A DNA stretch of 64,000 bases from NCBI GenBank assembly GCA_965215265.1, contig OZ244048.1:2912001-2976000 (forward strand), in the 5' to 3' direction. The translations under genes were made by a program, and so were the position numbers. Below the pieces are notes generated by a model. It saw only the letters and a program-made list of their open reading frames with translations. It was not told where the DNA came from and did not search any database. This document shows positions 58,432-64,000 of the stretch, one piece after another. Origin of the DNA: Candidatus Poribacteria bacterium. GTDB taxonomy: Bacteria; Poribacteria; WGA-4E; WGA-3G. Numbering within the stretch: position 1 is the stretch's first letter; the number at the start of each line of letters is the position of its first letter.

Positions 58432-61368
58432 ATGAGCACTTCCAACCCGGTACTTGAACAGTTATTATCCGATTCCCTTGAAGGCGAAGTCCGTTTTGAC
58501 CTGTATTCCAAGGCACTCTATAGTACAGACGCGAGCCTCTACCAGATGCAACCGATCGGCGTTGTTATTCCGAAGCATAAGCAAGACGTTAGCACGACAA
58601 TCCAAATTGCTGCAGCGCACAACGTTCCTATCTTACCGCGAGGGGGTGGCACGAGCCTCGCTGGACAAAGTGTGGGCGAAGCCATCGTCATCGATATGTC
58701 CAAGTACATGAATCAAATTCTTGAGGTGAACGTTGCTGAACGCTGGGCGCGCGTCCAACCCGGCATCGTTCTTGACGAATTGAACCACTCCCTCAAACTG
58801 CACGGCTTGATGTATGCCCCGGATGTCGCCACCAGCAGCCGTGCCAACGTCGGCGGTACTATTGGGAACAACTCTGCCGGGTCACACTCCCTTATCTACG
58901 GCAAAACGATCGACCACGTCATGGCACTTGAGCTCATTCTCGCTAACGCTGATGAGATACATGCTGCCCCAATATCATTCGCCGAATTGACGATGAAACA
59001 GCAAGGAAATTCGCTGGAGGCCAATATCTATCGTGAGCTCTGCCGTATCTGTGAGCACAATCAAGCAGAGATTCAGAAACGCTACCCACGTATTTTGCGG
59101 CGCGTCGCAGGTTATAACCTGGACGAGTTCGTTCCGGATGCTGGTTCAACTTCCGTAACCCCGTACCGCAGAGATGGCTGCGATTCCGAACACCCGTTTA
59201 GCCTCACAAAAATCCTTGTCGGCTCTGAGGGCACACTCGCCACCACCGTTGCAGCAAAAATCAATCTCGTCCCTGTTCCTAAAATGACAGCACTCTGTGT
59301 CGTCCACTTTGAGACACTCGTTGCCTCTATGGAGGCGATGCAAGCGATTCTTGAATGCCAGCCAACGGCGGTTGAACTGATTGACAAAACGATACTTGAT
59401 ATGGCTCGTGGTTCTCTAGAGTTCTCAAGGCACACCACCTTTATTCAAGGTGAACCGGCTGCCCTTTTAGCCGTTGAATTCTACGGGGAGACGGAATCAG
59501 AACTACACGCACACTTACACAGGCTTGAGAAGGCATTAAAACAGGGAAGATTTGGATATGCATTCGTTCGCTGTTTCACCGCGGAGGAAAAGGCACGTGT
59601 CTGGGAAACAAGAAAGGCAGGACTCGGCTTGCTGATGGGCATGAAAGGCGACGCAAAACCGGTCGGTTTCGTAGAAGATGCAGCCGTGCCCATTGAAAAC
59701 TTGCCTGAATATGTCCGCCGTTTTGATGAAATTGTCACAGCACATGATACGACTGCTGCCTACTATGCACATGCCAGTGTCGGGCTTCTCCATAACCGTC
59801 CCATTGTCAATCTCAAATCCGAGGCGGATATCCAGAAAATGCACAATATCGCCCGCGAAGTCCGCGACCTGCTGATGGAACTGGGCGGGGCGATGAGCGG
59901 TGAACATGGCGATGGCCTGGTTCGCAGTGAATGGATTGAGAGCATGTTCGGTCCCCAGATTTATCAGGCACTTCGCGAGGTGAAAAAAGCCTTCGATCCG
60001 GCCGGCATTATGAACCCCGGTAAAATCGTTGATGCCCCGCCTATGACAGAAAATCTACGGTTCGGAACAGCATACAATACGATTAAAATTGATACCTACT
60101 TTGATTTTTCGAGCCAAGACGGTTTTGCAGGTGCGATTGAAATGTGCAACGGGGTCGGTGCATGCCGAAAAACGCTCACCGGTACCATGTGCCCCTCTTT
60201 TATCGGTACCCGAGAAGAAGAACATTCAACGCGTGGACGTGCGAACGTCCTACGTTCGATTATTGCTGGAGACTTGCCACATACAGAATTCACCGGCGAA
60301 CGGCTTCACGAAGTGCTTGATTTGTGTCTCGGTTGTAAAGCATGCAAGGCTGAATGCCCATCTAACGTTGATATGGCGAAAATCAAATACGAGTTCCTTG
60401 CCCACTATCATAAAGCGAATGGGCTGCCGTTGAAGAAACGGCTCTTTGGAGAGATTGCCTCGCTGGCTGTTTTCGGTTCAGCGTTCGCACCTTTTTCCAG
60501 TTGGGCAGTTAATAACACTTTGTCTAGGTGGGTAGCAGAGAAGCTGCTCGGTGTTGACAAACGAAGGCAGATGCCGACTTTTGTTAAACCGACGTTCTCG
60601 CAGTGGTTCCGAAAACGCCGCAGGCCTGTAGTTTCAGAGAAATCGGAGTCAGTGGTGCTTTTTCATGATACGTTTATGAACCACAGTGAACCGTCTATCG
60701 GGAAGGCGGCAGTTGAGGTCCTGGAAGCAGCTGGATGGACAGTCATCCTTCCTGATAAACGGTGTTGCGGCCGTCCGCTTATATCTGAGGGGATGCTCGA
60801 TAGAGCTATTGAAAATGCTCAACACAACATTGAGTGCCTGCACGCCTATGCCGAGGAAGGCATCCCTATCATTGGGTGTGAGCCTAGTTGTACGTCCACC
60901 CTGACCGATGACTACGTTGAACTTATAGGTACACCGGAAGCAAAGCGCGTCGCCGAGGCGACGTGTTCAATTGAGGAATTTATCACACGGATTGCCGAGC
61001 ACGGGAAACTGAACTTCACGGATGAACCACGTGAGATTTTGCTGCACGGCCACTGTCACCAAAGGGCGCTCGTCGGTATCGAACCCGCTGTGCAGATGCT
61101 GAGTTTACCTTATGGAAACGATGTGTCGGTTATTGATTCGAGTTGCTGCGGGATGGCTGGTTCTTTCGGTTATGAAAAGAGGCACTATGAACTCTCTATG
61201 AAGATAGCAGAACTCCGTCTATTTCAAACTATCCGGGAAAAACAGGCAGCGCGCGATATCACGCTCTGCGCGTCCGGATTCTCTTGTAGACATCAGCTTG
61301 AACATGGAACAGGCATTCAGCCGAAGCACCCTATTGAACTGTTGCGTGAGGCACTGCTGCAAGATTGA
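58432..61368 (+). CDS. FAD-linked/Fe-S oxidoreductase (GlcD-GlpC fusion, D-lactate dehydrogenase-like)
   Basis: RGGGTS, GSEG, GEHGDG, CNGVGAC, CLGCKACKAEC, CCG domains. Confidence 0.94.
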   Translation: MSTSNPVLEQLLSDSLEGEVRFDLYSKALYSTDASLYQMQPIGVVIPKHKQDVSTTIQIAAAHNVPILPRGGGTSLAGQSVGEAIVIDMSKYMNQILEVNVAERWARVQPGIVLDELNHSLKLHGLMYAPDVATSSRANVGGTIGNNSAGSHSLIYGKTIDHVMALELILANADEIHAAPISFAELTMKQQGNSLEANIYRELCRICEHNQAEIQKRYPRILRRVAGYNLDEFVPDAGSTSVTPYRRDGCDSEHPFSLTKILVGSEGTLATTVAAKINLVPVPKMTALCVVHFETLVASMEAMQAILECQPTAVELIDKTILDMARGSLEFSRHTTFIQGEPAALLAVEFYGETESELHAHLHRLEKALKQGRFGYAFVRCFTAEEKARVWETRKAGLGLLMGMKGDAKPVGFVEDAAVPIENLPEYVRRFDEIVTAHDTTAAYYAHASVGLLHNRPIVNLKSEADIQKMHNIAREVRDLLMELGGAMSGEHGDGLVRSEWIESMFGPQIYQALREVKKAFDPAGIMNPGKIVDAPPMTENLRFGTAYNTIKIDTYFDFSSQDGFAGAIEMCNGVGACRKTLTGTMCPSFIGTREEEHSTRGRANVLRSIIAGDLPHTEFTGERLHEVLDLCLGCKACKAECPSNVDMAKIKYEFLAHYHKANGLPLKKRLFGEIASLAVFGSAFAPFSSWAVNNTLSRWVAEKLLGVDKRRQMPTFVKPTFSQWFRKRRRPVVSEKSESVVLFHDTFMNHSEPSIGKAAVEVLEAAGWTVILPDKRCCGRPLISEGMLDRAIENAQHNIECLHAYAEEGIPIIGCEPSCTSTLTDDYVELIGTPEAKRVAEATCSIEEFITRIAEHGKLNFTDEPREILLHGHCHQRALVGIEPAVQMLSLPYGNDVSVIDSSCCGMAGSFGYEKRHYELSMKIAELRLFQTIREKQAARDITLCASGFSCRHQLEHGTGIQPKHPIELLREALLQD

Positions 61369-61441
61369 AGTAACGTCTTTCCTGCCGACTACAAGTGGGT
61401 AGCGGGCTGTACAGAAGCATAAGGGCATCAAAAACCAGGTC

Positions 61442-61598
61442 TTTTTGTATATCTCCGTACCATCAACGTTTATGTCATGAGTACTCGTGTGTAAATCTCG
61501 TCGGAGATTCCTTAGGGATAGCATAAAGCGGCTCTGGCGAGATTTTCACAGGGTTGTAAATAGCAGCAGCCTTTATTGGGCTGAAATATACGAAAAAA
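61442..61598. repeat. Full-length ~157-bp palindromic dispersed repeat
   Basis: tttttgtatatctcc...aaatctcgtcggag...ctctggcgagattt...gctgaaatatacgaaaaa. Confidence 0.8.
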
Positions 61599-61631
61599 CT
61601 GGAAATAGACAAAAGAACTAAGGAGATATCC

Positions 61632-63062
61632 ATGTCCAAGATTTATCAACCGCTTGACGATTTTAAAATCGTCGTGTTACCTGAAAAAAGGTTACCTTTC
61701 TGGAAGATTGCTGGTCCTGGTGCTATTTTAGTCGGGTTGTCTATTGGTGCTGGTGAGATTGTTATCTGGCCTCGTATTGCAGCACAGTATGGGGGCAGCA
61801 TGGTGTGGGCGGCGGTTCTCGGTGTATTTCTCCAGCTCTGGATTAACTTTGAGGTGGGCCGCTGGACGATAGCTACGGGCGAAACTGTGTATACGGGTTA
61901 TAGCCGCATCTGGCGTGGCTTTGCACCTGTGTTCATACTGTTGACTGTGGTGGGCTGGATTGCGCCGGGCTGGGCGCGTGCATCGGGCCTCGCGCTCAAG
62001 GCACTCGTGCTCAAGCACGATGGGTGGGGTTCCGACACTTTTTGGACGATAATCACCTTCGCCGCGGTTGCCCTGATACTATTCGGTCCCAAAATGGTGT
62101 ACCACTCTGTAGAACGAACGGTAGAGTTGCTTGTGGCGATGGTAACGGTAGGACTGATTTTAGTGGCCATTGCGGTGGGTTCGTTAGATACGTGGAAAGA
62201 ATTAGGTTCAGGCTTAATCAACGTTGGTTATAAAGAGCCCGGTATGTCTGTCAAGGCGCTGTTTATTGCGTTGGTATTCGCGGGCGCGGGTGGCACTGCC
62301 AATCTGTTCTATACCTTCTACCTGCGGGATAAAAATATTGGGATGGGCGCGCAATTGCCGGGGCTTCAGAATCCGCTCCGTGGCAGAAGTGAGAAAATTC
62401 CTGCTACGGGATTTCTGTTTGAAGATACGGAAGAGAACCGCAAACGGTTCACAGATTGGTGGCAGTATATAAAACGTGACCAGATGCTCTTCTTTTGGGC
62501 GCTGAACACCTTCACAATCCTGCTCTTCATTTTCGGGGCTCTGGCAGTTTTACATCCAAAAGGGATTGTGCCTGAGTCAGGAACGCTTATCTATGATGAA
62601 GCGAACATCTTAGGTCAAATCTGGGGTGAACCGGGGCGACGTATCTTTCTGCTGGTGGGCGTTGCCACTCTTTTCGGTACGCAACTTGCGCTGGTTGATG
62701 GGGTGTCGCGCTCCATTTCTGATATTATCTACACCAATTTCCGAGGGGCACAACGCCGCCCCTTGAGTTGGTGGTATCTGCTCATCGCCGGTATCTGGAT
62801 TGTCGGCGGCTGTGTCATTACATTTGTGATGGAACAGTTAAATGTCAGCGAATTGGGATTTCTTTTTAACGCCGCGTACATGGGCGGGTTTGCGATGGCA
62901 CTTTATGTACCGCTCACCTTGTATATGAACCGTCGGTTTTTGCCTAATTTTGCAAAGCCTAAAGCACTCTCCACCGTTATGATGTTGCTTGCTTCATGTG
63001 TCTATATTGGGTTCGCAATGTCAAGCATTATTTGGGAAGTAAAAAGATTGATTGGAGGATAA
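61632..63062 (+). CDS. Nramp-like transporter
   Basis: GPGAIL...IGAGE; multiple TMs. Confidence 0.85.
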   Translation: MSKIYQPLDDFKIVVLPEKRLPFWKIAGPGAILVGLSIGAGEIVIWPRIAAQYGGSMVWAAVLGVFLQLWINFEVGRWTIATGETVYTGYSRIWRGFAPVFILLTVVGWIAPGWARASGLALKALVLKHDGWGSDTFWTIITFAAVALILFGPKMVYHSVERTVELLVAMVTVGLILVAIAVGSLDTWKELGSGLINVGYKEPGMSVKALFIALVFAGAGGTANLFYTFYLRDKNIGMGAQLPGLQNPLRGRSEKIPATGFLFEDTEENRKRFTDWWQYIKRDQMLFFWALNTFTILLFIFGALAVLHPKGIVPESGTLIYDEANILGQIWGEPGRRIFLLVGVATLFGTQLALVDGVSRSISDIIYTNFRGAQRRPLSWWYLLIAGIWIVGGCVITFVMEQLNVSELGFLFNAAYMGGFAMALYVPLTLYMNRRFLPNFAKPKALSTVMMLLASCVYIGFAMSSIIWEVKRLIGG

Positions 63063-63063
63063 A

Positions 63064-63882
63064 ATGGACCTAAAAACTACAAAATTTTTTTTTGAGAAGG
63101 AAGGCTATCTGGTTGTTGAAAACCTATTGTCGTCTACCGAAGTTGCAACATGCCAAGCCGAAATCCAGCGCATTCATCAGTTCTCCGCAGGACAGGAATC
63201 TAGTTCGGAGAAAGCAGTAGCGGACCTTGCACGCCGGCATGTGCAACGTGAGCCGTTTGCGAAAGACAAGGCTCAGGGCGACAGCCTGCCTGTGCTCCGG
63301 AAAGCCGAAAACACCCGCGAGTACTCTGAAGTCTTCCGGAACTTAGCGCAACATCCGAAACTCATCCAGGTAGTTCAAAATTTAATCGGGACAGATCTGT
63401 TGTTGTTTAGAAGTACGCTGATGTTCAAGCCGGCATTCCATGGCTCCTCGCACGGCTTGCATCAAGACTCAGCTTACTGGCCAATGGAGCCGCCGAATCT
63501 TATCACCGTGAGCATTGCGCTCAACGATGCCACACCAGAAAATGGGTGTTTTAAGGTGATTCCGAGAAGCCATTTGTGGGGTATGCAGGAATGGGGCGGA
63601 ATTGCTCGCCAACAGGACGCAGCATTAACAGACAAACCAGAGGTTGCTAAGCAGCAGATGGACGTGCCACTTACAGCTGGAAGCGCGCTCTTTTTTCATA
63701 GCCTCATGGTGCATGGTTCGGGCCCAAATACTTCACCAAACCCCCGGAATACAGCGCTTTATGCATACTTCTCACCGAACGTCCGGTATGCACCCAATGG
63801 GGGCAAACCGGCGGAACGTACATTCCCTGTTGTTGCTGGCCTCGGAGGTAAAACGGAGTTGACGCTTGTTGCACAAAATTAG
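63064..63882 (+). CDS. PhyH-family dioxygenase
   Basis: HQD...HGSGPN...R. Confidence 0.92.
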   Translation: MDLKTTKFFFEKEGYLVVENLLSSTEVATCQAEIQRIHQFSAGQESSSEKAVADLARRHVQREPFAKDKAQGDSLPVLRKAENTREYSEVFRNLAQHPKLIQVVQNLIGTDLLLFRSTLMFKPAFHGSSHGLHQDSAYWPMEPPNLITVSIALNDATPENGCFKVIPRSHLWGMQEWGGIARQQDAALTDKPEVAKQQMDVPLTAGSALFFHSLMVHGSGPNTSPNPRNTALYAYFSPNVRYAPNGGKPAERTFPVVAGLGGKTELTLVAQN

Positions 63883-63905
63883 GAGTTTGCTTTATTCAAA
63901 ACAGA

Positions 63906-63975
63906 TTTTTGTATACAGGAGCCCTATCAAGGCGGATGCAATGTTAAAACCCTTAGAAATCTCGCCCGAGCCGCT
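63906..63975. repeat. Left half of the palindromic dispersed repeat
   Basis: tttttgtatac...gccctatcaagg...gaaatctcgcccgagc. Confidence 0.6.
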
Positions 63976-64000
63976 CTAGGTATCGCCTTTAAAGTCAAAA

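Overview
Bacterial chromosomal window, most likely Candidatus Poribacteria. This is inferred from two PhyH dioxygenases, LamG, LRR and WD40-dockerin secreted proteins, and the C-terminal 'KLTxxWxxLK' motif. About 1-15 kb and 27-47.6 kb form a decaying, duplication-rich accessory region. About 15.5-27 kb and 47.8-64 kb are mostly housekeeping (prs, gpmI, M32 carboxypeptidase, OGG glycosylase, tRNA-Leu). The most striking element is a co-oriented operon at 47.5-36.1 kb (- strand). It encodes a Sec-signal plus double-glycine-leader, 8-Cys precursor next to a stand-alone secreted C39 peptidase with DUF1573/Ig domains. It also encodes a GspC-like protein, a tetraheme cytochrome, ABC exporter and MacB-type permease, two LolA-like proteins and an unnamed 'FGDxP' secreted family. 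A paralogous partial module lies at 1-8.9 kb and shares a conserved promoter block. Other signals: poly-C tracts that frameshift several signal-peptide genes, two Rpn-type nucleases with internal RBS/ATG (likely intragenic antitoxins) in collapsed tandem duplications, and a dispersed ~160-bp palindromic repeat family. All calls come from reading the sequence; no searches were run.
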